A stretch of DNA of 64,000 bases, from contig CAWHHI010000017.1 of NCBI GenBank assembly GCA_963829055.1, positions 196,959 to 260,958 on the forward strand, written 5' to 3'. The stretch is from an uncultured Gemmatimonadaceae bacterium. Lineage in GTDB: Bacteria > Gemmatimonadota > Gemmatimonadetes > Gemmatimonadales > Gemmatimonadaceae. The notes under the pieces were generated by a model. That model was given only the letters and a program-made list of their open reading frames with translations, was not told where the DNA came from and did not search any database. Below are positions 1 to 10,402 of the stretch, in pieces (position 1 is the first letter of the stretch; every line of letters starts with the position of its first letter). The position numbers were made by a program, and so were the translations under genes.

Positions 1-110
1 TGCACTATGAGGTTCCACCGCCGACGCAGCGTATCGCGCCACGTACCTGACGCAAGCAGCGTCGGCCAGCGAGCCGCGGATGGGCCCGCGGATGAGCGCA
101 CGGACGTGCG

Positions 111-1094
111 TTAGGCACCACCGAGGACGGTCGACAGCGTCGACGCGCTCACGTTCCCGCCACACAGCACCACCGCGCTTTCCTGGTTCGCCAGTTGCGG
201 CCGCCCGGCCGTGAACTTGCGCCACGCGGCTACGGCGACGCCGGCTGACCCCTCGATCACGAGGTGGTCCGCGAGCATGACGTCGCGCATTGCCGCCGCG
301 ATCTCCGCTTCGCTCACGAGCACCAGCTCGTCGATGAGATCGCGACACAGTGGAAACGTGACGGCGCCGGGCTCGATGTTCCCGGCAGTGCCATCCGACA
401 GCGTCGGCTCGTCGGGCACCTCGATGATCCGGCCCGCGCGCACCGATTCGTACATCGCCGCCGCCTGCTCAGGCCAGCATCCAATGACCGAGATGTCGGG
501 GCGCACCGCGTCCAGATAGGACGCGATACCCGAGATGAGTCCACCGCCGCCGACGGCGACAAACACCGCGGCGACCTCGGGTCGCTGCGCGATCATCTCG
601 ACGGCGACGGTGCCCTGCCCCGCGAGCACGTCCACGTCGTTGTAGGGCGAGATGTAGACCCGCGCACGACGCTCGGCGAGCGCACGGGCCTCGAGCTCCG
701 CGGCCATCGGGTCCCCGTCGGACACGATCACCTCGAGGCCGGCTTTCGTTAGGCGATCGACTTTGTACCGGGAGGCAGCCGACGAGACGACGACCGTCCC
801 GCGCCCGCCGGTCAGCCGCAACGCCTCGGCCACCGCGAGCCCGTGGTTTCCGGTGGACGACGTGACCACGCCTGTCTCGCGCTGCTCCGGTGACAGAAGA
901 AGAACCTTGTTGAGCGCGCCACGGATCTTGAACGACCCGGTGCGCTGCAGGTTCTCGCACTTGAAGTACACGTGAGGCGCGAGCATCGGCGCGGGCCGCA
1001 GCGGCGTCTCGAGCGCGAATGGCGCGAGCCGCACACTCGCCGCGACGACCGCCGCGGCCTCGGAGGCGTAGAAGCATTCTGGGGAAGTCGTCAT
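111..1094 (-). CDS. PLP-dependent threonine/serine dehydratase
   Basis: FKCENLQRTGSFKIRGA (PLP lysine motif), SSTGNHG, VGGGGLISG; 327 aa with no regulatory domain. Confidence 0.9.
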   Translation of the reverse strand: MTTSPECFYASEAAAVVAASVRLAPFALETPLRPAPMLAPHVYFKCENLQRTGSFKIRGALNKVLLLSPEQRETGVVTSSTGNHGLAVAEALRLTGGRGTVVVSSAASRYKVDRLTKAGLEVIVSDGDPMAAELEARALAERRARVYISPYNDVDVLAGQGTVAVEMIAQRPEVAAVFVAVGGGGLISGIASYLDAVRPDISVIGCWPEQAAAMYESVRAGRIIEVPDEPTLSDGTAGNIEPGAVTFPLCRDLIDELVLVSEAEIAAAMRDVMLADHLVIEGSAGVAVAAWRKFTAGRPQLANQESAVVLCGGNVSASTLSTVLGGA

Positions 1095-1225
1095 GGGGGA
1101 AGAATACTGCCGCGACCATCAGCCGACACGGCGTACGCTCGCGCCGGCTTCGACGGGACGACGCCATGTCGTATCATTCGACGAGAGCGTCCGAGCAACG
1201 AGACACCTCAGTCCAACCGACCACG

Positions 1226-2167
1226 ATGCCCAGCTGGCAGGCGCGCGTCTTCAACACCGGCGTGACCGCGCTCATCCGGCGACGCGATTGGGGCGACGTG
1301 CCCACCGTCGCGAGACGGGCGCGGCTCGCACTCGGGGCGCCGGGGCCATACGGGTGGATCGCGCGTCAAGGGCTGGAGTGGCGGCCGGTCGAAACGAGCG
1401 GGGTTCGTGGTGAATGGCTGCTGCCCGGCAAACGGGAAGCGCCGCGAGGCGGGACGATCCTCTACATCCACGGCGGCGGCTTCGTTGCCTGCTCGGCCGC
1501 CAGCCATCGTCCGATCACGAGCTCGCTCGTTAGGCGCACGTCATCGACCCTGTTCAGCGCCAACTATCGACTGGCACCCGAGTCGCCGTTCCCCGCGGCG
1601 CTCGACGACGTGATCGCCACCTACGAATGGCTGGTGGAGACCGCCCCTGGATCACCGATCGCGATCGCGGGCGACTCGGCGGGCGGCGGACTGGTGCTAT
1701 CACTCGCGATTCACGCGCGCGACGCCGGGTTGCCGGCACCGGCGTGCCTCGTGGGATTCTCGCCGTGGACGGATCTCGCCGGCACGGGCGCGTCGCTCCA
1801 CGCGAACGACGGCCGAGATCCCATGTTCCGTCCCGAGAACATCCCGCAGTTCGCGTCCGTCTACCTCAATGGGACGAGGGCGGATGATCCGCGCGCGTCT
1901 CCGGTGTACGCGCCGCTGCACGGTCTGCCGCCGATGCTGCTGCAGGCTGGGTCGACGGAGTTGCTGCTCGACGACGCACGCCGAGTTCACGACCGCGTGC
2001 GTGCCACCGGCGGCTCAAGTCAGCTGTCGATCTACGACGCCGTCCATCACGGCTGGCAGATGACCACGCCCTGGGTCCCGGAGGCACGCGCGGCGTTAGG
2101 CGAGGCGGCTCGCTTCATCCGAATGCATCTCGATAGGAACGCGGCCGAGGTCAACACCGGTCGGTGA
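1226..2167 (+). CDS. HSL-family alpha/beta hydrolase (esterase/lipase)
   Basis: HGGG oxyanion motif, YRLAPE, GDSAGG nucleophile, C-terminal HGW; start set at ATG 1226 (1166 also possible). Confidence 0.88.
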   Translation: MPSWQARVFNTGVTALIRRRDWGDVPTVARRARLALGAPGPYGWIARQGLEWRPVETSGVRGEWLLPGKREAPRGGTILYIHGGGFVACSAASHRPITSSLVRRTSSTLFSANYRLAPESPFPAALDDVIATYEWLVETAPGSPIAIAGDSAGGGLVLSLAIHARDAGLPAPACLVGFSPWTDLAGTGASLHANDGRDPMFRPENIPQFASVYLNGTRADDPRASPVYAPLHGLPPMLLQAGSTELLLDDARRVHDRVRATGGSSQLSIYDAVHHGWQMTTPWVPEARAALGEAARFIRMHLDRNAAEVNTGR

Positions 2168-3320
2168 CTGGAAGACTCTCGCCATCGAGTTTCGCCGAGC
2201 GTCCGCTGGCATCGGGCTGAATCCGAAAATACGCGATGAGGCTGTACGACGTGCCCGTGCCGTTCCACTGCGCCTTGACCATCGGTGTGCCGGCATAGAG
2301 GACGATTCCCCACGTACCCCGTCGTGTGACCGTGCTGCCCATGCTGCCGCCGCCATCGGGCGATGACCCCACATCGCTGGCATCGTATTCGATGGTTCCA
2401 TTTCCGCAGAGCGCGAAGCGCAGCCTGCCGCCGACGATCGCGCCGCCGCGTCCGCCCGCCTGGCTCGTGCGCGAATAGACCCGGCCGGTCACGGCGCGCG
2501 CGAGCGCCGCGGCCTCCGCCGACCCTTCTGCGCTCTGCGTGAGCGAACGACCGGGTCGCGCGTAGCCGGTCTCGCTCTCACCGATGCGCAGGATGAAGTA
2601 CTCGCCGCGGAGTTGGCCGGTGGCGGCTTTCGCGTCGTCCGGCGACCCTTCCGCGTTCCAGAATCGCAGCTGCAAGGCGCCGTTGGCGAGCGAGCCGCGC
2701 ACGATGAGACGCGCCTTCACCGTCGTACGGCGGGAGAAGTAGCCGTGCTGGAGTGCCGTGATCTCACCATTCACGTCGGTGCCCCGCACCGCGAGCTGCA
2801 CGACTTCTTCGCTCGTGCTGTCGGGCGACGAGAATTGCCATTCTCCAGCGAAATCACTCGCGGCGCCGGCGCGGAAGCCACCATTGGGCGGTGACGTCGG
2901 GCCGGTGCTGGGAGCCACGGTCGGCAATGCGGTGGTCGGGTCGCCACGACGCACCATCGGCAGCGTCACAGGCGACTGGCCCGGCTGCGTCATGGTGAAC
3001 ATCAGGATCTTCCCCTGCAGCCGAGCGGTCATCGCGCCGTTGTCGGCGGACGCACGAACGTCGCCGAGTCGCTGAATCACGAGCGCGCCGGACGCAATGA
3101 CGCCCTCGAACGGTGACGACTGGCCGAACAAGGACAGGTTGCCCGTGACGCGACTATTCGCGCGATCGTGGCGAACCTCGAGCTCGATGGTCTGTCCACT
3201 CTCCTCGTAGACCCACCGGCCGCTGAGATCCTGCGCGATTGCGGTGCTCCCGGCGAGCAGCATCGACGCGCTGACCACGACAATCCATCCTGCAACAGGC
3301 ATCGGAAAGACCGAGCGCAT
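2151..3320 (-). CDS. Secreted hypothetical protein with repeated beta-rich modules
   Basis: GGAGG RBS before ATG 3320; signal peptide ending AIA-Q; repeated DLSGRW / DFAGEW modules separated by a Pro-rich linker. Confidence 0.7.
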   Translation of the reverse strand: MRSVFPMPVAGWIVVVSASMLLAGSTAIAQDLSGRWVYEESGQTIELEVRHDRANSRVTGNLSLFGQSSPFEGVIASGALVIQRLGDVRASADNGAMTARLQGKILMFTMTQPGQSPVTLPMVRRGDPTTALPTVAPSTGPTSPPNGGFRAGAASDFAGEWQFSSPDSTSEEVVQLAVRGTDVNGEITALQHGYFSRRTTVKARLIVRGSLANGALQLRFWNAEGSPDDAKAATGQLRGEYFILRIGESETGYARPGRSLTQSAEGSAEAAALARAVTGRVYSRTSQAGGRGGAIVGGRLRFALCGNGTIEYDASDVGSSPDGGGSMGSTVTRRGTWGIVLYAGTPMVKAQWNGTGTSYSLIAYFRIQPDASGRSAKLDGESLPVTDRC

Positions 3321-3360
3321 TGGCGCCTCCTGGAGGGCCGAGCCCTCGTTCTGGACGAAC

Positions 3361-3492
3361 GCGATTCCTCGACGGAGCCCGCCACGAGCTAGCGAACGGC
3401 TCGGAATGACAACGCCCTCTACCCCGCAGGAACTCGATTCCTCACACGCCCAATGTCGTGGGCACCCGGCTATCGCTCGTTCGGAATGACAC
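3361..3492. repeat. Two right-arm copies of the GTCATTCCGAGC...GCTCGGAATGAC REP-like family
   Basis: gattcctc...tcggaatgaca occurs twice; matches arms at 6090-6231 and 33004-33180. Confidence 0.75.
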
Positions 3493-4095
3493 AACGCTGG
3501 CCAGCTGCCTGTCCTGCACCCTCGCGAGCGTGAGCTGCGCCGTGAGCGCGCCGATGAGCGCCATGAACATGTCCCACTGCGTGTCCCACACATCGCCCTG
3601 GGTGCCGAGGAATGCGTCGGCCGACGAGCCGCCAGCGAGCGCCGCGCCCCACTCCACGAACTCATAGCACGCACTGATCGCGAGACAGAGTCCGGTGACG
3701 ATCACGAACAGCCACTTCCCACGCGTGAGCGGTGAGCGGCGCAGCAGGATCTCTCGCGCGACCAGCGCCGGCACGAAGCCCTGCGCGAAGTGGCCAATGC
3801 GGTCGTAGTGATTGCGGGTGAAGCCGAACACGTCCTGCATCCAGAAGCCGAGCGGCACCTGCGCGTAGGTGTAATGGCCGCCGAGCATCAGGATCATCGC
3901 GTGCACGAGCACGAGCCAGTACACGAGACGCGTGAACGGGAAGGTCCGGCTCGTCGCGAGCAGCACGGGCACCGCGATGAAGATCGGGAAGACCTCGAGC
4001 CACCAGGTCGTTCGGTCCGCCGGGCCAATGCCGGAGACGATCAGCGCGAGCGCGCCGACGATGAGAAGAACGATGGCTTCGGTCCGAGTGAGCAC
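3442..4095 (-). CDS. DUF2238 (YjdF-like) inner membrane protein
   Basis: TWWLE, GGHYTYAQVPLG, RNHYDRIGHFAQG, FLGTQGDVWDTQWDM motifs; 3' end runs into the repeat. Confidence 0.88.
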   Translation of the reverse strand: MLTRTEAIVLLIVGALALIVSGIGPADRTTWWLEVFPIFIAVPVLLATSRTFPFTRLVYWLVLVHAMILMLGGHYTYAQVPLGFWMQDVFGFTRNHYDRIGHFAQGFVPALVAREILLRRSPLTRGKWLFVIVTGLCLAISACYEFVEWGAALAGGSSADAFLGTQGDVWDTQWDMFMALIGALTAQLTLARVQDRQLASVVSFRTSDSRVPTTLGV

Positions 4096-4181
4096 GGCGG
4101 AGAGCTAGCTGGTTGCTGGGTGGCCAGGAACGAACTGGACAGGGTGACTAACATCATACGATTCACCTGCCACCTCTCGCC

Positions 4182-5621
4182 ATGACGACTGGCTCGCCGT
4201 CCCCGCTCGATCTCGATCACGCCACCATGCAGCGGCTCGGTCGCCAGGTCGCCGATACCGTTGCTGAGCATCTCGCGTCATTTCGCGAGCAACGAGTGCT
4301 CACCAATGGACTGCCTCCAAAAACGCGGCAGCGCCTCAGTGTCGCGCCGTCGGAGGACCCCGCCTCCTTCGACGACCTGCTCCGCGAGCTACGTGACGAC
4401 ATCTTTCCGTACTCCGCGCGCGAGCCTCACCCGGGCTTCATGGCGTACGTACCGGGCTGCCCGACCTTCCCCGCGGTCCTCGGCGACTGGCTCGCGACCG
4501 GGTACAACTTCTTCGCCGGCGTGTGGCCTGTGGCCGAGGGGCCTAACGCGGTGGAGCTTGCCGTGTTGGAGTGGTTCCGGCAGTGGACGGGAATGCCGGC
4601 GGGGACCGGCGGTCTGCTGACGAATGGCGGGTCGGGCGCGACGCTCACCGCTATCATCGCCGCGCGCCACGCCGCGGTCGGCGACGATGCGAGTCGTCTC
4701 CCACGCCTCGCACTCTACGCGTCCGACCAGGCGCACTCGGCCGCCCTGCGAGCGGCGTGGATCGCGGGCGTCCCGCGATCGCAGGTCCGGGTGCTGGAGA
4801 CCGGCTCGGACTATCGAGTGCGTCCCGACGACGTTCGGCGCGCGATAGCCGCCGATCGCGCAGCGGGCCTGATTCCGCTCGCCGTCGTCGTGAGTGCGGG
4901 CACCACGAACACGGGCGCCGTCGATCCGCTCGACGAGATCGCCGACCTGTGCGCGGCGGAGAACACGTGGCTCCACGCCGATGCAGCGTACGGCGGCTTC
5001 GCGGTGCTCACGGAACGCGGGGCGCGCATGCTCGCGGGGCTCGGTCGGTGCGACTCGGTCGCGCTGGACCCACACAAGTGGTTGTTCGTGCCGTTCGAGT
5101 GTGGCTCGCTGCTCGTTCGCGAGCCGGAGCGACTGCGCGCGGCGTTTCAGGTGCTGCCGGATTACCTCCGCGACGTCGCGGCTGGCCAGGACGGTGTGAA
5201 CTTCGCCGACTACGGCGAGCAGCTCACGCGCCAGTCGCGCGCTCTCAAGGTGTGGATCGGCGTCAGGTACTTCGGCCTCGCGGCGATCCGCGGCGAGATC
5301 GATCGCGCGATGGACCTCGCCGTCTACGCCGAGGAGCTCGTGCGGGCGGAGCCTTTGCTCGAGGTACGGTCGTCGGCGCAGCTGGGCGTTCTCTGCTTCC
5401 GCGTGCATCCGGACGGTGTCGATGACGAAGCGGCGCTCGACGCGCTCAACGAGCGCGTGAACGCCGCGATCGGCGCAGACGGGCGGTACCTCATCTCCTC
5501 CACCCGTCTGCACGGCTCCTTCACGCTGCGGATGTGCATCCTCGGTTTTCGGACTACAAAGGCGGACGTCGAGGGGCTGATGCGGACGGTCGTCGAATGC
5601 GCCGCACGCGTCCGCGCCTAA
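4182..5621 (+). CDS. Group II PLP-dependent decarboxylase (aromatic amino acid decarboxylase-like)
   Basis: SDQAHS, AGTTNTGAVDPL, WLHADAAYGG, DSVALDPHKWL. Confidence 0.9.
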   Translation: MTTGSPSPLDLDHATMQRLGRQVADTVAEHLASFREQRVLTNGLPPKTRQRLSVAPSEDPASFDDLLRELRDDIFPYSAREPHPGFMAYVPGCPTFPAVLGDWLATGYNFFAGVWPVAEGPNAVELAVLEWFRQWTGMPAGTGGLLTNGGSGATLTAIIAARHAAVGDDASRLPRLALYASDQAHSAALRAAWIAGVPRSQVRVLETGSDYRVRPDDVRRAIAADRAAGLIPLAVVVSAGTTNTGAVDPLDEIADLCAAENTWLHADAAYGGFAVLTERGARMLAGLGRCDSVALDPHKWLFVPFECGSLLVREPERLRAAFQVLPDYLRDVAAGQDGVNFADYGEQLTRQSRALKVWIGVRYFGLAAIRGEIDRAMDLAVYAEELVRAEPLLEVRSSAQLGVLCFRVHPDGVDDEAALDALNERVNAAIGADGRYLISSTRLHGSFTLRMCILGFRTTKADVEGLMRTVVECAARVRA

Positions 5622-5639
5622 CGCCTCAGCGCCAACAGC

Positions 5640-5921
5640 TCACGGCGTGAACACCTCGCCGCACCGATTGCACATGAACGACCGTTCCCAGCGTTGATAC
5701 AGCTCGGGGAATTTCAGCGCGTTGTAGGCCTTCGCCTGCAGCGCAAAGCGGACGGACATCGCCGTGATGCCGATGGTGATCACTGTGCCGAAGCCCGGAT
5801 GGGCCAACCCCGCCAGCGAGAAGAACCCGAACATCGCCGCCGAGATCGACCACAGGATGGTGTGCTTTTTGGCCGGCGGCGATGCCTGCGTCGACAGTGC
5901 GGAGACCTGGCCATCGACCAT
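5640..5921 (-). CDS. Small membrane protein with C-terminal CxxC
   Basis: Two hydrophobic segments followed by W.RSFMCNRCGEVF; fills the intergenic gap. Confidence 0.5.
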   Translation of the reverse strand: MVDGQVSALSTQASPPAKKHTILWSISAAMFGFFSLAGLAHPGFGTVITIGITAMSVRFALQAKAYNALKFPELYQRWERSFMCNRCGEVFTP

Positions 5922-6089
5922 GATTCGTTAGGCAGGACGGCGGATGCAGCGAGGGTGAGAGCGGATAGCGCCGCGATGATAGGGGATGCAAGCCCGGGTG
6001 TGTCTGGCATCTCGACGTACACCCTCGGTCAGCAGTACCGAGGGGTCAGTCGTCGGTCATCAGTTTTCAGTCGGAGTCTGTCAGTCGGT

Positions 6090-6231
6090 GTCATTCCGAG
6101 CGAGCGGTAGCCGGATGCCCGCACAGGCGGGCGCAGTCGAGGAATCGCGCTCTCTCGGTCGAGAGCCCCTCTACCGCGTATGATCGCGGATTCCTCGACT
6201 CCGGCCCTGTCGGGCCTCCGCTCGGAATGAC
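6090..6231. repeat. Complete REP-like palindromic element
   Basis: gtcattccgagcg...agtcgaggaatc...gattcctcgact...cgctcggaatgac; flanked by short cagt/ctga-rich repeats. Confidence 0.85.
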
Positions 6232-6340
6232 CCAAGCCGGCGGATACGGGGCCTGATGCCTGACACCTGCTGCTGAGCAGTCGCTGACGCACTTGGTACT
6301 GGCCAGGCCGCCGCCGAATGGCGTAGCGGTTCCAGACCGC

Positions 6341-7744
6341 CTAACGCCGGCCGTGCTCGACACGAACCGTCAACCACGTCACGACCGCGCCCAGAGCACA
6401 GAGGGCCGCACAGATCCACATGGCTCGCGCGAACCCCTGCGTCAGTCGGAGCCCGGACAGGCGCTCGAGCCCACCCATCCCCGCCGCCGCCGGCAACGCC
6501 GCCGCGGACAGCAGCCCCGCCAACCGCGACGCGGCGTTGTTCACGCCTGACGCGACGCCCGCATCGCCCTCCGGCGCCGCGGCGAGTACCGCCGCCGTGA
6601 GCGGCGCCACGAGCGCCGAGAGGCCAAGGCCGAACACGATGGCCGCTGGCAGCACGCCGCTCACGTAGCTCACGCCCGGGGCCACGCGAGAGAACAGCAG
6701 CATCCCCGCACCAGCGACCAGCGCGCCCGCCGCCATCGGCACGCGCGCGCCGGTCCGATGCGCCACGCGCCCCGCCAGCGGCGATAGCGTCAGCATGAGC
6801 ACGTTCACCGGCAGTAACGACGCCCCACTCTGGAGCGCCGAGTAGCCGAGGTTTCCCTGCAGTTGCAGCACGAGCAGCAGGATCACACCGCTCAGCGCCG
6901 CGTAGATGAGCACCGTCGCGATGTTGGCGCCGCTGAACGCTCGCGAATGGAACAGCGACGGTGGCAAGAGCGGCGACACCGTGCGATGCTCGACGATCGC
7001 GAACACGACGAGCAGCACCGTCCCCGCCGCGAGCAGTCCGAGAATGATCGGCTGCGTGAATCCGACGCGCGGGCCGTCAATGAGCCCGGCGGTCAGCGCG
7101 CCGAGTCCGGTGATGATCAGCGCCGCGCCGGCGTAGTCGATCGACTGCTCTTTCCCGCGCGCGTCGCCGCGACTCGTGTCCACGCCGCCTAACGCCAACC
7201 AGGCCGCCACGAGCGCCACCGGCGCGATGCACGCGAACACCCATCGCCACGACGCCGCATCCACCAGCGACCCGCCAATCAACGGCCCGAGTGCCGTCGA
7301 TACGGCCGACCAGCCAGCCCATCGACCGATCGCGGTGCTGCGCTCCTCCTCACTGAACGACGCTTCGAGCATGGCGAGGCTGTTAGGCACCAGCATCGCG
7401 CCGGCCGATCCCTGCACGAAGCGCAGCGCCAGCAACGACAGCGAGCTTGGCGCGAGCGAGCACCCTACGGTCGCAACGGCAAACGCCACTGCTCCAACGA
7501 CGAACAGCTTCCGACGCCCGTACCGGTCACCGAGCGCACCGCCGAGCAGGGTGAGGGCGCCAAGCGCGAGGAGATACGCGTTGATCACCCACTGGACGCC
7601 CTCGAGTCCGAGGCCGAGGTCGCGCGCGATGGCCGGCAACGCGACGTTGACCACTGTCCCTTCGAGAAATACCGCTCCGGACCCGACGATCGACGCAGCG
7701 AGTGTGCGCCGACCGCCCGAAGACCCGAGCGCGAGCGCACTCAC
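6341..7744 (-). CDS. MFS transporter, DHA2-like (14 TM)
   Basis: TVVNVALPAI, GGALGDRYGRRK (motif A), LGPLIGG, WRWVF. Confidence 0.9.
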   Translation of the reverse strand: MSALALGSSGGRRTLAASIVGSGAVFLEGTVVNVALPAIARDLGLGLEGVQWVINAYLLALGALTLLGGALGDRYGRRKLFVVGAVAFAVATVGCSLAPSSLSLLALRFVQGSAGAMLVPNSLAMLEASFSEEERSTAIGRWAGWSAVSTALGPLIGGSLVDAASWRWVFACIAPVALVAAWLALGGVDTSRGDARGKEQSIDYAGAALIITGLGALTAGLIDGPRVGFTQPIILGLLAAGTVLLVVFAIVEHRTVSPLLPPSLFHSRAFSGANIATVLIYAALSGVILLLVLQLQGNLGYSALQSGASLLPVNVLMLTLSPLAGRVAHRTGARVPMAAGALVAGAGMLLFSRVAPGVSYVSGVLPAAIVFGLGLSALVAPLTAAVLAAAPEGDAGVASGVNNAASRLAGLLSAAALPAAAGMGGLERLSGLRLTQGFARAMWICAALCALGAVVTWLTVRVEHGRR

Positions 7745-7762
7745 AGCGCACTCACAGTGCGC

Positions 7763-8074
7763 TCACGCTCGCTTTCGCTGCTCCAGCCCCTTCACGTAAG
7801 GCGGATCGACGAGCTCCAGCAGCTCCGGGTGCAGGCCAAGCCACTTGCGCACGAACGGACACGTCGGAACCACCCGAAATCCACGCTCTCGCGCGTAGTC
7901 GAACGCCGCTTTCGCCAGCGCCTCGGCCACACCGTGGCCGCGCTCGTCCGGCGGGACATACGTGTGCTGAACGTCGATGAGCTTGGGGCCGACTCGCAGA
8001 TACGTCAGCTCCGCTTCCTCACCGTCCACTGAAACGCTGAAGCGGCCAGCCTTCTCGTCGTGTTCGACTTTCAT
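7763..8074 (-). CDS. Small GNAT-like protein (YjdJ / Acetyltransf_CG family)
   Basis: HTYVP..RGHGVA and VVPTCPFV motifs. Confidence 0.88.
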   Translation of the reverse strand: MKVEHDEKAGRFSVSVDGEEAELTYLRVGPKLIDVQHTYVPPDERGHGVAEALAKAAFDYARERGFRVVPTCPFVRKWLGLHPELLELVDPPYVKGLEQRKRA

Positions 8075-9126
8075 TCATCTCTCCGGGGCATCGGGCAATC
8101 GACGACATACATCGGGGACTCGCGTCCCTCGGCTGTCATTAACAATGCCGCGCCGCGACCAAACCACGTGATACCCTCACCGCCCCATTCTCCGGTGGTC
8201 ATCGTGTTGCACACCGCGGGAGGAATGCCGTTGATGACGCGACCGGTGAGCGGATCCGTGACGAACACAAACACCTGCGCGTACGTGCGGACCGCGAGGT
8301 AGCGAGCGTCGGGTGAGAGCGCCGCATCGGTGATTATGCGGAGTGGAGCCGAGCCGGGAACGATCGGCAGGCTGTCCACGATCTGCGCGATCGCCGGCAC
8401 GCCGGGGCGCCATGCCTCCGCCGGGAGGCGGAACACCAGCGCCGGCCGCATCCGGCCGGCCGCGTCCGTCAATCGGCGCTTGGTGATGAGATAGATGTCG
8501 GCGTTAGGCGCGACGTACATCGCCTCGACGTCGTGCGGCCCATCGGCGTATGAATAGATGAGCGACTGCGCGGTCACGTCGCCGGTGAACCCGGCCTGTG
8601 CTGCCTTCGGCTCGGCGACGCGGTAGATGACCCGCGACGGTCGCTTCGCGTCGTTGTCGCCGGTGTCGCCGATGAAGACACATTCGCCCGAAGCAGGGCG
8701 GCTCGTGTCTGCAACCGCTGCCGCTGTCGGTGGCGCGCATGGACCCACGGACGCCGACTCCCAGTCCACGTTGGACGCGCCGCCGACGCGCCACACGCCG
8801 CGGTCCCTGCCGGTCGTGTCCAATGCGAACAACCACGGATCGTTGCCGGAGTCGTTGATCGTGAACCACACGCCCGGCTGGGTGTGGCTCAGTGCGGCAG
8901 CGGAATTCTCCACCAACTCCGGCCGGGCCTCGAGCGGAACAGCGGCGAAGCTGGCCGGCGGGACGCCCATCGAATCGGTCTTGATGTAAGGGGCGCGCGC
9001 CGCTCGACGCGTGACCGGCCCATCAGGCCCGCTACACGCCGATGCAATGAACACCACAGCGGCGGCGAGAGCCACCACAGCGGTGGCCCGACGCCCGGCT
9101 CGGACGACGACGTGCGACCGGCTCAC
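8071..9126 (-). CDS. Conserved hypothetical lipoprotein (possible beta-propeller)
   Basis: Lipobox ASAC; NDSG, DWE, IGDTGDN, HDVEA, GEGITW motifs; 4-bp overlaps with both neighbours. Confidence 0.7.
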   Translation of the reverse strand: MSRSHVVVRAGRRATAVVALAAAVVFIASACSGPDGPVTRRAARAPYIKTDSMGVPPASFAAVPLEARPELVENSAAALSHTQPGVWFTINDSGNDPWLFALDTTGRDRGVWRVGGASNVDWESASVGPCAPPTAAAVADTSRPASGECVFIGDTGDNDAKRPSRVIYRVAEPKAAQAGFTGDVTAQSLIYSYADGPHDVEAMYVAPNADIYLITKRRLTDAAGRMRPALVFRLPAEAWRPGVPAIAQIVDSLPIVPGSAPLRIITDAALSPDARYLAVRTYAQVFVFVTDPLTGRVINGIPPAVCNTMTTGEWGGEGITWFGRGAALLMTAEGRESPMYVVDCPMPRRDE

Positions 9127-9428
9127 TCCGGCCCGAGCCGGCGACGATCCTCGTTAGGCTCGGACGCTGTGATGGCGGACTGGTCGGGAAAGACCTCGAG
9201 CTTGGGGTCGAGCCCGCTCATGGACGCTGGCCCGCGAAGGGGGGCAGGACGCTGGCCGCGAACGGCGCGATACGCGAGGATCCCGGCCCCGAGCACGCCG
9301 CCAGCGACGGCCAGGCTCGCGAGCAAAGCGAGGCCTACCAGCAGCAGCGCCGCCCCCGCCCCAAGGACGACGAGCGTGGCGAGCAGTGCCACCAGCCGGT
9401 TCTTTGTGCTGAACGTGTAGACTGCCAT
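9123..9428 (-). CDS. Small membrane protein
   Basis: Two TM helices; stop overlaps the start of the next gene. Confidence 0.65.
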   Translation of the reverse strand: MAVYTFSTKNRLVALLATLVVLGAGAALLLVGLALLASLAVAGGVLGAGILAYRAVRGQRPAPLRGPASMSGLDPKLEVFPDQSAITASEPNEDRRRLGPE

Positions 9429-9458
9429 GCCGCGAAAACTACTCGGCGTCCGTCCCTT

Positions 9459-10241
9459 TCATCTGGATCGAGAGCCCGCCACGGCTGCCACGGTAACCGA
9501 CGCCGCCGCGTCCTGTAGCGTCCGCGCAAGCGCCGGCGGGATCCGGATTACGACCCCGGAGTGCGTACGCAACGCTGCCGGCAGACCCACGGGCGTGCGG
9601 TCGAAGATGCGCGCGTACATCACGAGCGCGGCGAGGTAGGAGCCGGCGACCGACGCGTGCAGGCCATCGGAGTACAGCTGGATCGACGGGTCGAGCTTCC
9701 ACGCCGCGAGCCACGCTCGAGCCACCGGAAACACCACGCCGCTCACGTCCGCGGCGGCGAGCTCGTACGACTCGATCGATCCCGCGAAGTCATTCGGGCG
9801 ATCGACCGGCGGCCACGTCTGATACAGCGCCGGCTTGGCGCCGATCTTCGCGATCCCGACGCCGAAGTTCCGCGTCGCCAGGCGGAGCGTATCGCGGTAG
9901 ATCCCGGCCGGCGTCCACCCCTGCTGCATCACGACCCACGCCCAGCCGCCCTGCGCGATGGTGTTCTGCGCGACGCCCTCGGTCCAATGATCGATCAGCG
10001 CGTAGTTGGGCAGTGCTCGGCTCGCGACGGCGAGCTTGTCGCCGCCGGCCGAATCGGCGAGCGCCTGCAGGATCCCGGGCACGTCGTTCACGTACGTGAG
10101 GCTGTTTCCGATGAACAGCACGCGCGTGCCCTCGCCCAGCGACTGCGGACCCGCGGGCGAGCCGCCGAGGCACGCCGACAGCAGTGCTACGACGATGACG
10201 CCGCCAACTAGCCGGAATCGCGCGGACCTGTTTGCCCTCAC
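9459..10241 (-). CDS. SGNH/GDSL-like hydrolase lipoprotein
   Basis: VLFIGNSLT block I, DGLH block V, lipobox LSAC; GTG 10241 follows GAGGAG. Confidence 0.75.
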   Translation of the reverse strand: MRANRSARFRLVGGVIVVALLSACLGGSPAGPQSLGEGTRVLFIGNSLTYVNDVPGILQALADSAGGDKLAVASRALPNYALIDHWTEGVAQNTIAQGGWAWVVMQQGWTPAGIYRDTLRLATRNFGVGIAKIGAKPALYQTWPPVDRPNDFAGSIESYELAAADVSGVVFPVARAWLAAWKLDPSIQLYSDGLHASVAGSYLAALVMYARIFDRTPVGLPAALRTHSGVVIRIPPALARTLQDAAASVTVAAVAGSRSR

Positions 10242-10402
10242 GTGCCCCTCCTCTCGCACAGTGGACCGCGACAGGGTGGATCCCAGTGGCGGGAGCGACA
10301 ACGCGGGGGTGACAAGGCGTTCCGGACGCGGGCAGGCCGATGCGTGCCGGTGGACCACTACGCGGGTCGATCGTATACTGCCGACGTCTTTTGCTGCATG
10401 GA

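Noticed and set aside
1..110. Gene end at the left edge of the window
   Set aside because: Too short to assign a frame or product.
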